From contig CALNZO010000012.1 of assembly GCA_942491175.1 (NCBI GenBank), positions 57,521-121,520 on the forward strand: a stretch of DNA of 64,000 nucleotides, in the 5' to 3' direction. Shown here one piece after another: positions 1-11,887 of this stretch (its first letter is position 1; each line of letters begins with the position of its first letter). The stretch is from an uncultured bacterium (GTDB lineage Bacteria; Cyanobacteriota; Cyanobacteriia; PCC-6307; Cyanobiaceae). Below the pieces are notes generated by a model that saw only the letters and a program-made list of their open reading frames with translations, was not told the origin of the DNA and did no database searches. A program made the position numbers and the translations under genes.

Positions 1-104
1 GATCAAAGCGTGTTTCCAGCTCCCCGAGACTTTTCGCAGGTAACCACGTCCTTCATCGCCTCTGTGTGCCAAGGTATCCACCGTGAGCCCTTTGTAGCTT
101 GACC
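1..104 (-). rRNA. rrl: 23S rRNA, 5' end (truncated by window edge)
   Basis: Reverse complement reads GGTCAAGCTACAAAGGGCTCACGGTGGATACCTTGGCACACAGAGGCGATGAAGGACG, the typical cyanobacterial 23S 5' end; lies downstream of 16S and the ITS tRNAs. Confidence 0.97.
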
Positions 105-396
105 AATGTTCACTCCCAACGTTCAGGGTTGTTGAGACCCATTCTCCCGCCTTCACCTGCTTGCTTCTCTTGGATTCACCGTTGCCGGCTTCACCTCCAT
201 CAGAAGTTGGTTTGAATGGCAAAATCTGACTCTTCCCTCCTCGGCGGAGCGAAAAGACGCTGGAAGCTCTCGGCTCTAAACTCAAGAATCTCCCAAACGA
301 CACTTCCTACCCAGGTCAGCTATTCGCTGATCTGAACGAGAACATCATCGTCTGGGCATCCATGAGATGCTTTCTTTTCCAGACTCACCTATGCAG

Positions 397-408
397 TTGT
401 CAAGGTTC
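397..408 (-). promoter_or_regulatory. boxA antitermination element in 16S-23S ITS
   Basis: Minus strand GAACCTTGACAA downstream of tRNA-Ala, matching the cyanobacterial ITS boxA. Confidence 0.85.
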
Positions 409-625
409 GTGGCTGAATTCACCCAGCCTCCAGCTCACACCGGAGACTCAGCGAGTCCAGCTTCCTTTCAACCACTTGGTACCTACGTCATCGCTACTGC
501 AATGTCATTGGTTCCGTCGGGAATGAAAGGAGGCTGGAGTCCTCAGCTGAACATGTCTATCGTCACCTCACCCATCAGCGTTGCTTCCTGATGCGGCATC
601 ATGTTGTGGTCTTAACCTTGTTGGA

Positions 626-698
626 TGGAGGTTAGCGGACTCGAACCGCTGACATCCTGCTTGCAAAGCAGGCGCTCTACCAACTGAGCTAAACCCCC
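626..698 (-). tRNA. tRNA-Ala(TGC)
   Basis: GGGGGTTTAGCTCAGTTGGTAGAGCGCCTGCTTTGCAAGCAGG...GGTTCGAGTCCGCTAACCTCCA; cloverleaf with TGC anticodon, in ITS. Confidence 0.98.
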
Positions 699-707
699 AA
701 ACACGAA

Positions 708-781
<74 letters not shown>

Positions 782-1117
782 AGGAACAATCACTCTGAAA
801 TTTGGATTCATCCCCACGACATCAGGCATCACTACCCATCCTCGTTCTCTTTCGATAACGTAGCCGTCGTTAGGTTTGAACCCACTTGTGGGGTGACCTA
901 GACAAAGTTTAGGAACTGAAAACGAGTCCATCACAACATCCTCAGAAGTCGCTGTCAGGCTCCTTGCGGCTCCTGTCTGCTCTTCCTTGGCTTTGATGGC
1001 TCACCTTGAGGTACCGATCGACCTTCGAGATGACAGGATCATGGCCTAAGACAAATTTGCCCTTCAGACGTTCGTCTTCTTGGCGCTCAGGCATCACGAT
1101 CAGTTGTGTCTCCCTGT

Positions 1118-2600
<1,483 letters not shown>

Positions 2601-3227
2601 TAGATCCAACCCTGTTGATTCGCTTTCGCTCCTCTCAGCTGGATTTGCCTCCTGCCGTCACACCACACTGGCGTACGGTGCAACTGCTGGGCCTCCACTG
2701 CTCGCGCAGTGGGTTCAAAGAGTGCACTGGTTACGCGGTTCGCTTCCCTCCGTTGGACGGTCGCTCTCCTCGCTTCCGGTGACTTTCCCGAATCTCAGAT
2801 CCGGTTCGCAACCGGTCTCACCATCAAAGGGCCCTACACCTCCTCTCAGAGGTATCGCCACTCCTGCAGCAGTTCGTCGTGAGAACGCTCCGCTGCTCCT
2901 TGATCGCTTTGACCCGTCGCTTGTTTCTTTTGACGGGACCTCACACCTCCACCGCTCTTTCGTCCGTTGCCGTCCCTTGCGGAACCTCCCGGTCCTTCGC
3001 ACCAGCCAACAGCCGACCCGGCGATTTCTCGCCAGCTCAACTGCTGCGTAGCGTCCGACACAGGCACCTCCGGCCAGGGCGTCTACGGTCTCCCGCATTC
3101 ACCCTTCACCTTCCGTTGCAACCGACGCGGTAGAAGCGTCAGTTCCTAAACTTTTTTGGTTGTCCAGGTGCTGCCGCTCCACCCCTTCCAGGGCTCTCGC
3201 GGCGCGTCGCTTCTCAGCGACTCAGAA

Positions 3228-3321
3228 AACTTACAGCACCGTCGGCTCGCGCCTCTCAGTTCCCGTAAGCCTGCAGCCCCTTCAGCTCTCGCTCTCTGGG
3301 GCGCAGTCCAAAATCATACCA
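3228..3321 (-). promoter_or_regulatory. putative tandem rRNA operon promoters
   Basis: Minus strand extended -10 TGGTATGAT (3313-3321) and a second -10-like TAAGTT (3228-3233) upstream of the 16S leader; positions inferred. Confidence 0.45.
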
Positions 3322-3456
3322 CCTCCTCGGCTGGAGGCACCGTTTCCCTGACCCCAGGGCTAGCTGCTAGCCCCTTCCAGGGGGGATCCCCCTTCCGGAC
3401 AGGAAAGGCCGTTGATCAGACCAGGCCTAAGGTGTCGTATCCGAAGCCGCAGGGCG

Positions 3457-4938
3457 ATGGTGGCGGAATCACCTCTGGTGGGGGGACCCTGTCCCCAGGA
3501 AGAGAGCGTGGTCGCCTCAGCCCGGGCGCACTTCGAGCGCACCCTGGTCAAGGTCCGCGGTGCGGTGGTGGGGTCGGTGGCGGCCATGGAGCACCCCAGC
3601 TCCGGGGATGCCGCCAACTACGGCGAGGTGTTCCTGCGTGACAACGTCCCGGTCATGTTCCACCTGCTGCTGGAGGGGCGCTTCGCCATCGTTCGCCACT
3701 TCCTGGCCATCTGTCTGGAACTGCAGAGCCACAGCGACCAGACCCGGGGCATCTTCCCCACCAGCTTCGTGGCGCAGGGCCAGGAGCTGATCGCCGACTA
3801 CGGCCAGCGTTCGATCGGACGCATCAGCTCCGTGGACGCCAGCCTTTGGTGGCCCGTGCTCTGCTGGCTGTATGTCCGCGGCAGCGGTGACAACGACTTC
3901 GCCCTCCAGGAAGAGGTCCAGGAAGGTCTGCAGCGGCTGCTGGATCTGGTGATGCACCCCAGCTTCGAAGGCACTCCGGTGCTGTTCGTGCCTGACTGCG
4001 CTTTCATGATCGACCGCCCGATGGACGTATGGGGGGCTCCTCTGGAGGTGGAGGTGCTGCTGTTCGGTTGCTTGCGCAGCTGCTGCCATCTGATGGATCT
4101 GGCCCAGCGGGACCGGTTCAGCAACCAGCGGGAACGGCGTCTCGCCGGCACGCGGAGCTGGTTGCGCGACCTTCGCGGCTACCTGCTCAAGAACTACTGG
4201 GTGACCAGCAAGACCGTGCAGGTGCTGCGCCGGCGTCCCACCGAGCAGTACGGGGATGATCAGCATGTCAACGCCTTCAACGTGCAGGCCCAGGTGGTGC
4301 CGGCGTGGCTGCAGGAGTGGTTGGAGAACAAAGGGGGGTACCTGATCGGCAACATGCGCACGGGCCGGCCGGACTTCCGCTTCTACAGCCTGGGGAATGC
4401 TCTGGCCTGCCTGTTCGGCCTGATCACCGCCCCCCAGCAGCGGGCCCTGTTCCGGCTGGTGCTTCACAACCGAGAGCATCTGATCGCCGAGATGCCGATG
4501 CGGATCTCCCATCCGCCCCTCGACGCCGAGGAATGGAGGGAAAAGACCGGCTCCGATCCAAAGAACTGGACGTGGTCGTACCACAACGGTGGCCACTGGC
4601 CCTGCCTGCTCTGGTATCTCGGTGGAGCCGTCCTGCTGCACGAACGCCGGCATCCTGGCTCCGACGGCGCCCTGATGGAACGCATGCGGCAACTACTGGA
4701 GGAGTGCTATGCCCTGCAGCTCAGCCAGCTGCCCCGGCAGCGATGGGCGGAATACTTCGATGGTCCCACCGGAACCTGGGTGGGCCAGCAGGCACGCACC
4801 TACCAGACCTGGACGATCGTTGGATTCCTGCTGCTGCATCACCTGCTGCGCATCGAGCCCCTCGACGCGGAGCTGTTGGCGATCGATCCGCTCGAACCGC
4901 TGACCAAGCCAGGAAGCGACCCTTCGAACCAGGACTGA
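3457..4938 (+). CDS. alkaline/neutral invertase (glycoside hydrolase family 100)
   Basis: Motifs NYGEVFLRD, DYGQRSIGR, VDASLWW, FMIDRPMDV, PDFRFYSLGN, WSYHNGGHWP, WAEYFDG, QTWTI; ATG at 3457 chosen. Confidence 0.93.
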   Translation: MVAESPLVGGPCPQEESVVASARAHFERTLVKVRGAVVGSVAAMEHPSSGDAANYGEVFLRDNVPVMFHLLLEGRFAIVRHFLAICLELQSHSDQTRGIFPTSFVAQGQELIADYGQRSIGRISSVDASLWWPVLCWLYVRGSGDNDFALQEEVQEGLQRLLDLVMHPSFEGTPVLFVPDCAFMIDRPMDVWGAPLEVEVLLFGCLRSCCHLMDLAQRDRFSNQRERRLAGTRSWLRDLRGYLLKNYWVTSKTVQVLRRRPTEQYGDDQHVNAFNVQAQVVPAWLQEWLENKGGYLIGNMRTGRPDFRFYSLGNALACLFGLITAPQQRALFRLVLHNREHLIAEMPMRISHPPLDAEEWREKTGSDPKNWTWSYHNGGHWPCLLWYLGGAVLLHERRHPGSDGALMERMRQLLEECYALQLSQLPRQRWAEYFDGPTGTWVGQQARTYQTWTIVGFLLLHHLLRIEPLDAELLAIDPLEPLTKPGSDPSNQD

Positions 4939-4943
4939 AGGCC

Positions 4944-4970
4944 AAAAAAAAGCCGCGATTTCTCGTGGCT
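4944..4970 (-). terminator. intrinsic terminator of petBD
   Basis: Minus strand AGCCACGA-GAAA-TCGCGGCT followed by a T run. Confidence 0.8.
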
Positions 4971-5012
4971 GGTCAGTTGAGAAGAGACTTCAATCCAGTA
5001 CTCGATGAGGCC

Positions 5013-5495
5013 TCAGAACAGCCCAAGGGTGAGGGACTTGTCGATAGGAAGGCAGGCTCCGATGCCCAGATAGATGGTGAAGACGGTGCCGAACAGGAAG
5101 GCCGTCATGGCCACGGGCCGGCGGAACGGATTCTGGAACTTGTTGAAGCTTTCGATGAAGGGGATGAGCATCAGCCCCAGGGGGATCATTGTCTGCAGGG
5201 CAATGCCCAGAAGCTTGTTGGGTACAACCCGAAGGATCTGGAACACAGGATACAGATACCACTCTGGAAGAATCTCCAGAGGAGTGGCGAAGGGATCGGC
5301 TCGATCACCGAGCATGGCAGGATCCAGCACCGCCAGGCCCACAACGCAGGCGATGGTGCCCAGGATCACCACAGGAAAAATGTAGAGGAGATCATTGGGC
5401 CAGGCTGGCTCCCCGTAGTAGTTGTGACCCATGCCCTTGGCCAGCTTGGCCCGCAGCTTGGGATCGGTGAGATCAGGCTTCTTGAGGATGTGCAT
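5013..5495 (-). CDS. petD: cytochrome b6f subunit IV
   Basis: [38 protein letters not shown]; 160 aa. Confidence 0.99.
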   Translation of the reverse strand: MHILKKPDLTDPKLRAKLAKGMGHNYYGEPAWPNDLLYIFPVVILGTIACVVGLAVLDPAMLGDRADPFATPLEILPEWYLYPVFQILRVVPNKLLGIALQTMIPLGLMLIPFIESFNKFQNPFRRPVAMTAFLFGTVFTIYLGIGACLPIDKSLTLGLF

Positions 5496-5552
5496 GGTGG
5501 GGGGCTCGGTGCGCTGGTTACCGGTGGGAGAAGGCTAGGCCAGAAGCGTGGT

Positions 5553-6227
5553 TCAGAGGGGCCCGGAGATGCCCTGCTTACGAATCATCAGGAAGTGGAT
5601 GAGCATGAACACAGCCAGGAGCCAGGGCAGAACGAAGGTGTGAAGGCTGTAGAAGCGGGTGAGGGTGGACTGACCCACACTTTCTCCGCCCCGCAGCAGC
5701 TCAACCATGAAATCACCCACCACAGGGACCGCGGCGGGAACGCCGCTGACGATCTTGACGGCCCAGTAGCCCACCTGATCCCAGGGAAGGGAATAGCCCG
5801 TGACCCCGAAGGAGACGGTGATCACCGCCATGGTGACGCCGGTGACCCAGGTGAGCTCCCGGGGACGCTTGAAGCCACCGGTGAGATACACGCGAAAAAC
5901 GTGCAGGATCAGCATCAGCACCATCATGCTGGCGCTCCAGCGGTGCACCGAACGGATCAGCCAGCCGAAGCTGACGTCAGTCATCAGGTACTGAACCGAG
6001 CTGTAAGCCTCCACCACCGTGGGCTTGTAGTAGAAGGTCATCGCAAAGCCGGTGGCAAACTGGATCAGAAAGCACACCAGGGTGATGCCGCCCAGGCAGT
6101 AAAAGATATTGACGTGGGGAGGAACGTACTTTGCAGAGATGTCGTCAGCAATGGCCTGGATTTCCAGGCGCTCCTCGAACCAGTCATAGATCGGGGACGA
6201 CTTTGCGCCAGGAGACGAGTTCGCCAT
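5553..6227 (-). CDS. petB: cytochrome b6
   Basis: [47 protein letters not shown]. Confidence 0.99.
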   Translation of the reverse strand: MANSSPGAKSSPIYDWFEERLEIQAIADDISAKYVPPHVNIFYCLGGITLVCFLIQFATGFAMTFYYKPTVVEAYSSVQYLMTDVSFGWLIRSVHRWSASMMVLMLILHVFRVYLTGGFKRPRELTWVTGVTMAVITVSFGVTGYSLPWDQVGYWAVKIVSGVPAAVPVVGDFMVELLRGGESVGQSTLTRFYSLHTFVLPWLLAVFMLIHFLMIRKQGISGPL

Positions 6228-6328
6228 GCAGCGTGGGGCTTGGGTTGGGAGATCCTACCGATTGTCCTGACCCCCCCGTGAGAGACCCGGGCCGCAGGCT
6301 CCACCGGGCTCAATGGTTTGCAACAGGC

Positions 6329-7591
6329 GTGGGGCGTCGGTCACGTGCGTTGAGGCGCCGCTGGGCCGGAGCGCGGTTCCTGACGGGGGCGGCCCTCTGC
6401 CTGCTGCTGAGCCTTCCCGCTCCGGCGCTCGCCCTCAGCGATGCCCAGCAGCTGGTGGTGGAAGCCTGGCGCCTCGTCAACCAGAGCTATGTCGATCCCG
6501 CCCATCTGGAGGCGGTGCAATGGCGACGCCTGCGCCAGAAGACATTGGAGAAGCCGATCACCCGCTCGGTCGAGGCCCATGACGCGATCGAGGCCATGCT
6601 GGCACCGATCGGCGACCCCTACACCCGCATGCTGCGCCCTGAGGAGTTCGCCACCCTGCGCTCCAACACCCAGGGCCGGGTGACCGGTGTGGGGCTCCAG
6701 CTGGGGCTGCGGGCCGCCGACCAGAGGATCGTGGTGATCGCCCCCCTCGACGCCTCGCCCGCCGCAGACGCGGGAATCGTCTCGGGCACCGAAATCCTGC
6801 GGGTGAACGGCATTCCAGCCGAGGACCTGGGGCTGGAGGGCACCGCGGCCAGGCTGCGGGGCCCGGCCGGAAGCGATGTGCTCGTGGCTCTGCGCACCCC
6901 GGCCGGCCAGGAAAGGGAGGAACTGCTCGACCGTCGCGAGGTGGACCTGCATCCCGTCCGCTGCCACCGCCTCAGAAGCGACGGACACAGCCTGGGCTAT
7001 CTGCGGATCACCCAGTTCAGTGAACCGGTACCCCAGCAGGTACGCGCCGCCCTCGCCGAGCTGACTGCCCAGGGTGGCGGCGGGCCGATCGAGGGGCTGA
7101 TCCTGGATCTGCGTAACGATTCGGGAGGACTGGTGACCGCCGGGCTGGCGGTGGCAGACAGCTTCCTCGACGGGGACCCGATCGTGGAGACCCAGGACCG
7201 GGGCGGCATCGCCGCCCGGCAGCAGGCCACCCCCGGCCGTCTCTATGCGGGCCCGATGCTCACCCTGGTGAACGCGGGGACGGCCAGTGCCAGCGAGATC
7301 CTGGCGGGGGCCCTCCAGGACAGCGGCCGTTCCCGACTGGCGGGCAGCCGCACCTTCGGCAAGGGCCTGATCCAGACCCTGATCAACCTGAGCGACGGCA
7401 GCGGTCTGGCGGTGACGGTGGCCCGTTACCTCACCCCCAGCGGCCGCGACATCCAGAACCAGGGCATTGAGCCGGACGTGCAGCTGCCCCAGCCAGAGCC
7501 CCTGGAACCGGACGGGGCCGGCGACACCTGGCTGCAGGAAGGGGCCAGCTTGCTGATCGCCGGCCTGCCGGCCGGAGCCTCCGGCCCATGA
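6329..7591 (+). CDS. ctpA: carboxyl-terminal processing protease (S41, PDZ domain)
   Basis: GDPYTR, GVGLQL PDZ motif, LDLRNDSGG, TASASEILAGALQD, TFGKGLIQ; GTG 6329 precedes a signal peptide, start uncertain. Confidence 0.88.
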   Translation: MGRRSRALRRRWAGARFLTGAALCLLLSLPAPALALSDAQQLVVEAWRLVNQSYVDPAHLEAVQWRRLRQKTLEKPITRSVEAHDAIEAMLAPIGDPYTRMLRPEEFATLRSNTQGRVTGVGLQLGLRAADQRIVVIAPLDASPAADAGIVSGTEILRVNGIPAEDLGLEGTAARLRGPAGSDVLVALRTPAGQEREELLDRREVDLHPVRCHRLRSDGHSLGYLRITQFSEPVPQQVRAALAELTAQGGGGPIEGLILDLRNDSGGLVTAGLAVADSFLDGDPIVETQDRGGIAARQQATPGRLYAGPMLTLVNAGTASASEILAGALQDSGRSRLAGSRTFGKGLIQTLINLSDGSGLAVTVARYLTPSGRDIQNQGIEPDVQLPQPEPLEPDGAGDTWLQEGASLLIAGLPAGASGP

Positions 7592-8862
7592 GCCAGCGCA
7601 CTTACCACGATCCGCTCCACGGCGCGATCCGTCTGGATCGCCAGGATCCCGCCGAAGCCCTGGTGATCGATCTGATCGACACGGCGCCGTTCCAGCGGCT
7701 GCGCCGCATCCGCCAGCTGGGACCGGCCTTCCTGACCTTCCATGGCGCCGAGTCCAGCCGCTTCACCCATTCCCTGGGCGTGCTGGCGGTGGCACGGATG
7801 GCCCTGGGGCAGCTGGAGCGGCTCGACCCCTCCCTGGCCCAGCACCGAGACGTTCTGTATGCCGCCGCCCTGCTCCACGATGTGGGCCACGGGCCCCTGA
7901 GCCACTCGGGCGAAGAGATGTTCGGCCTGCGGCACGAGAGCTGGTCAGGGCAACTGATCCGCAACCATCCTGCCCTGCGCGACCGGCTCGATGACAGCGC
8001 CCCGGGCCGGGCCGCCCGAGTGGCCGATGTGCTGGAGCACGGCCGGCACCCCTGCCGGGCCATCAAGGCCCTGGTGAGCAGCCAGCTGGACTGCGACCGG
8101 CTCGACTATCTGCTGCGTGACAGCTACAGCACCGGCACCCGTTACGGCCAGCTGGACCTGGAGCGCATCCTGGCCAGCCTCACCCTGGCCCCGGACGGTG
8201 ATCTGGCCCTCCACCCCCGCGGCCTGATGGCGGTGGAGCACTACCTGGTGGTGCGCCATCTGATGTACCGGAGCGTCTACAACCACCGGCTCAACATCGT
8301 CTGCAACTGGCTGCTCAACCGGGTGATCGCCGTGGCCCGGCGACTGGGGCCCGCTGAGGTGTGGGCCGATCCCACCATGGCCCTCTGGCTGTGGGACCGG
8401 GATCACCTGGATCTGGAGAGCTATCTGGCCAACGACGACATCCGCACCGGCTATCACCTGATCCGCTGGCGGGAGGAAGGCCCCGAGGAGCTGGCGGATC
8501 CCTGCCGCCGCCTGCTGGACCGGCGCCTGCCCCGGGCCACCGAGGTGAGCGATCTCCCCCCCTCAGGCCGTATCGAACTCCTGGCGGAGGCGAGACGGCT
8601 GTGTGAAAAGGGCGGCCTGGCGCCGGACGGCTGCTGCGCCCTGCAGCAACGGCAGAGCCGGGGCTATCACCCTTACGCCGGTGGCCTGCGACTCTGGGAC
8701 GGGCTGCGGCTCCAGGCCCTCGAGCAGCGCTCCCCCCTGGTGGCCAGTCTCTGTCAGACGGTCGACATGGCCTGGCTGATCCACCCGGCCCCGGTCAGCG
8801 CCGAGCTGCGCGCGGTCCTGTCGCGGTGGCGGCAGGACGCCGGCGGCCATGCGGACCCCTAG
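7588..8862 (+). CDS. HD-domain phosphohydrolase (dNTP triphosphohydrolase-like)
   Basis: DPLHG, FQRLRRIRQLG, SRFTHSLG, ALLHDVGHGPLSH, LDCDRLDYLLRD; ATGA overlap with ctpA. Confidence 0.92.
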   Translation: MSQRTYHDPLHGAIRLDRQDPAEALVIDLIDTAPFQRLRRIRQLGPAFLTFHGAESSRFTHSLGVLAVARMALGQLERLDPSLAQHRDVLYAAALLHDVGHGPLSHSGEEMFGLRHESWSGQLIRNHPALRDRLDDSAPGRAARVADVLEHGRHPCRAIKALVSSQLDCDRLDYLLRDSYSTGTRYGQLDLERILASLTLAPDGDLALHPRGLMAVEHYLVVRHLMYRSVYNHRLNIVCNWLLNRVIAVARRLGPAEVWADPTMALWLWDRDHLDLESYLANDDIRTGYHLIRWREEGPEELADPCRRLLDRRLPRATEVSDLPPSGRIELLAEARRLCEKGGLAPDGCCALQQRQSRGYHPYAGGLRLWDGLRLQALEQRSPLVASLCQTVDMAWLIHPAPVSAELRAVLSRWRQDAGGHADP

Positions 8863-8889
8863 GTTTCGCTCCACCCCTCCCCCAGCGCC

Positions 8890-9567
8890 TTGGCAGCCGC
8901 ACTGATCCCGGCGATCGATGGGCAGCAGCCCCACCTGCTGAGGCTGCCGGCGCCGGAGGGTGCCTCCAGCGCCCTCGAGGAGGTGCGGTACGCCCTCGGC
9001 AGCAGGATCCCGCCAGCCGGCACCGTGGTGCTGGATGGAGGTACCTGGCCCTTGCGGCTGCCCGAGCTGCGCGAATTGCAGGAGCTGCTGGCGGCTGTGG
9101 AGCTCCTGCTGAGGCGTGTTCGCAGTCACAACCCGGAAACGCTGGTGGCCGCCGCGGCCCTCGGACTCGAGACCGAGGCCGGCGAGGAATCGCCGCCGCG
9201 CCCACCCGGGAGGGGGCGGGCGACGCTGGCGGATCTTCTGGTCCATCACGGCACCCTCCGCTCCGGCGACCACCTGCAGGCCGAGGGCTCGGTGCTGCTG
9301 CTCGGGGATGTGAACCCCGGCGCCCGCCTCAGTGCCGGTGGGCACGTACTGGTGTGGGGTCGCCTGCGGGGCGTGGCCCATGCGGGCGTCGGCGGCGACC
9401 GAGAGGCCCGCATCACAGCCCTGCAGCTGCGCCCCCTTCAGCTGCGCATCGCCGAGGCAGTGGCCAGGGGGCCGGAGGACCTGCCCCCGCCGGGACTGGC
9501 GGAGCAGGCCAGGCTGGTGAACGGGGAGATCCGCATCGATCCGGCACCACCGGAGTTCAGCGGTTGA
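8890..9567 (+). CDS. minC: septum site-determining protein MinC
   Basis: TLRSGDHL, LLGDVNPGA, VWGRLRGVAHAG, LRPLQLRIA; upstream of minD. Confidence 0.95.
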   Translation: MAAALIPAIDGQQPHLLRLPAPEGASSALEEVRYALGSRIPPAGTVVLDGGTWPLRLPELRELQELLAAVELLLRRVRSHNPETLVAAAALGLETEAGEESPPRPPGRGRATLADLLVHHGTLRSGDHLQAEGSVLLLGDVNPGARLSAGGHVLVWGRLRGVAHAGVGGDREARITALQLRPLQLRIAEAVARGPEDLPPPGLAEQARLVNGEIRIDPAPPEFSG

Positions 9568-9745
9568 TCAGCCCGAAGGCACCGAGACCAGCCGCCACAG
9601 CCATGACCCAGAGCGGTGCGATCCGGGTATGCGGCAACTGCAGACACACCAGCAACGACACGACCACCATCGACTTCTCGTGGGTGACCGGCACGGCCTC
9701 GTCGTTCCAGCGATCCCCACCGGAGGTGTGGGGATTGAGCATCAC
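9557..9745 (-). pseudogene. possible gene remnant or small membrane protein resembling a chromate transporter C-terminus
   Basis: 62-aa ORF ending TRIAPLWVMAVAAGLGAFGLI, resembling from memory the last helix of CHR-family proteins; stop in frame just upstream. Confidence 0.3.
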
Positions 9746-9870
9746 CAGCAGCCGCTGCGGCCTGTGGGGGCGAGGGTCATCGCGGCATCAAGATGGTGAG
9801 ACTTCCTAGCGGTAGTTCCCCGCCACGGCATGGGCGCTGGGCCCACTGGCATTAACCTTCACCGACGCCC

Positions 9871-10704
9871 GTGGACGCCGTGACGTCAGCCCCCGCCCGC
9901 ATCATCCTCATCTGCTCCGGCAAGGGAGGGGTCGGCAAGACCACCCTCACCGCCAACCTGGGGATCGCCCTGGCCAGGCTGGGGGAGCGCACCGTGGTGC
10001 TGGATGCCGACTTCGGCCTGCGCAACCTCGACCTGCTGCTGGGCCTGGAGAACCGGATCGTCTACACCGCCCAGGAGGTGCTGGCCGAAACCTGCCGTCT
10101 GGAGCAGGCCCTGGTGAAGCACAAGCAGGAGCCCAATCTTTCCCTGCTGCCCGCGGGAAACCCCCGCATGCTGGAGTGGCTCACCCCCGAGGACATGCAG
10201 CGGATCGTGGCCATGGTGGCCGACCGCTCCGATTTCGTGCTCATCGACTGTCCGGCCGGCATCGAGGACGGCTTCAAGAACGCGGCGGCGGCGGCCCGCG
10301 AGGCCATCGTGATCACCACCCCGGAAGTCTCCGCGGTGCGGGACGCCGACCGGGTGATCGGCCTGCTCAACACCCGGGGCGTGACGCCGGTGCAACTGGT
10401 GCTGAATCGGGTGCGGCCGAAAATGATGGCCAGCCAGGAGATGCTCGGTGTCGAAGACGTCACGGACATCCTGGCCCTGCCTCTGGTGGGCCTGGTGGTG
10501 GAGGACGAGCAGGTGATCGTGTCCACCAACCGGGGCGAGCCGCTCACCCTCAACGGCAACGGCTCCCCCGCCGCCAGGGCCTACCAGAACATCGCCCGGC
10601 GCCTGCGGGGTGAGGAGGTGCCCCTGGAGGATCCCTCCAAGCAGCGCAGGGGCCTGAGGGCCCGTCTGATGAACAAGATCCGCAAATCCACCGGTCTCAT
10701 CTGA
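9871..10704 (+). CDS. minD: septum site-determining ATPase MinD
   Basis: [50 protein letters not shown]; start could be GTG 9880. Confidence 0.98.
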   Translation: MDAVTSAPARIILICSGKGGVGKTTLTANLGIALARLGERTVVLDADFGLRNLDLLLGLENRIVYTAQEVLAETCRLEQALVKHKQEPNLSLLPAGNPRMLEWLTPEDMQRIVAMVADRSDFVLIDCPAGIEDGFKNAAAAAREAIVITTPEVSAVRDADRVIGLLNTRGVTPVQLVLNRVRPKMMASQEMLGVEDVTDILALPLVGLVVEDEQVIVSTNRGEPLTLNGNGSPAARAYQNIARRLRGEEVPLEDPSKQRRGLRARLMNKIRKSTGLI

Positions 10705-10709
10705 GCGCC

Positions 10710-11093
10710 ATGACGTTGTTCGATTTTCTTCAACGGCTGTTGGGGCGCCAGAAACCCAGCGGCACCATGGCCAAGGAGCGGCTGCAGCTGGTATTGGCTC
10801 ACGACCGCAGCGATCTCAACCCCGAGCTGCTCGAGCAGATGCGACGGGAGATCCTCGAGGTGGTTCAGCGCTACGTGGAGATCGACATCGAGGAAGGCGA
10901 CCTGAGCCTCGAGACCGAAGACCGGGTCACCGCCCTGGTGGCCAACCTGCCGATCAAACGGGCCAGGCCCCTGCCGGCCCTGGTGGCTGCGGCCGCTGCG
11001 GTAGGCATGGCCGAGAAGTCCCCCACCGAGGCCCCACCGCAGTTCAGCCTTCCCCCCCCTCCAGAAGAGGCCCACGACGGCGAGCCGGACTGA
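10710..11093 (+). CDS. minE: cell division topological specificity factor MinE
   Basis: [37 protein letters not shown], plus a low-complexity tail. Confidence 0.97.
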   Translation: MTLFDFLQRLLGRQKPSGTMAKERLQLVLAHDRSDLNPELLEQMRREILEVVQRYVEIDIEEGDLSLETEDRVTALVANLPIKRARPLPALVAAAAAVGMAEKSPTEAPPQFSLPPPPEEAHDGEPD

Positions 11094-11166
11094 GCGACCT
11101 CCGGCCCGGTGCAGCGGACGGGCGACGGGCCGGGGGAAACCTGAAGCCATTGATCGGGATGACACC

Positions 11167-11370
11167 TTGTCCGACCGTCCCCCCATCGGCATCACCCCCG
11201 CCGAGCGACGGGTGCTGAACCTGCTGAGCCAGGGCGACTCCAACCGGCACATCGCCGCCCAGCTGGTGCTGAGCCCTCGCACGGTGGAGAGCCACGTCTC
11301 CAATCTTCTGGCCAAGACAGGCTGCCGCAGCCGCACCCAGCTGCTGCTCTGGGCCCTGACCCAGGGATAG
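11167..11370 (+). CDS. stand-alone LuxR-type HTH transcriptional regulator
   Basis: ITPAERRVLNLLSQGDSNRHIAAQLVLSPRTVESHVSNLLAK fits the GerE/LuxR HTH pattern; 67 aa, TTG start. Confidence 0.88.
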   Translation: MSDRPPIGITPAERRVLNLLSQGDSNRHIAAQLVLSPRTVESHVSNLLAKTGCRSRTQLLLWALTQG

Positions 11371-11392
11371 GCTGACTCGGGTTCCCGCCCAT

Positions 11393-11464
11393 GCCGGCTT
11401 AGCTCAGCGGTAGAGCAGCGCTTTTGTAAAGCGAAGGTCATCGGTTCAAATCCGTTAGCCGGCT
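11393..11464 (+). tRNA. tRNA-Thr(TGT)
   Basis: GCCGGCTTAGCTCAGCGGTAGAGCAGCGCTTTTGTAAAGCG...GGTTCAAATCCGTTAGCCGGCT. Confidence 0.97.
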
Positions 11465-11522
11465 TGCGATCAAGGGGCTGGATCCACCCCCTTACGATCG
11501 GCTCAGCACAGGGGAAGGGGCC

Positions 11523-11879
11523 ATGTCGTGCCATGCCTGCTGGCCGGTGGGCGGCCTGATCGCCCTGGGGGGCGTCCTGGCCCAGGTCCCCCCCCAGCCA
11601 CCGCCTCCGGAAGCACCCCCGGCCCAGACCACCCCTGCCCGGTCCGGCGCAGAGATCCTGGGCCGACCAGGCATCCGCACCCGCTACGCCGATCCTTCAG
11701 CTCCGGCGCCATCCTCTGGGGGCGCCGGCCTTGCGGACCCCAGCCCGCCGGATCCTCCCCTGACCGTTCCCATCAACGAATCGGTGGACTTCGCCCCGAC
11801 GATGGAGCAGGGCCCCTTTCAGCGGCCCACGATCCGGGGGCTGTTCCGCTGGGACCTGGAGGGGCCGGTCACCCCCTGA
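11523..11879 (+). CDS. hypothetical proline-rich, possibly exported protein
   Basis: 118-aa ORF filling the gap after tRNA-Thr, purine-rich RBS-like stretch, hydrophobic N-terminal segment ending VLA-Q. Confidence 0.55.
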   Translation: MSCHACWPVGGLIALGGVLAQVPPQPPPPEAPPAQTTPARSGAEILGRPGIRTRYADPSAPAPSSGGAGLADPSPPDPPLTVPINESVDFAPTMEQGPFQRPTIRGLFRWDLEGPVTP

Positions 11880-11887
11880 GAGGGAAC

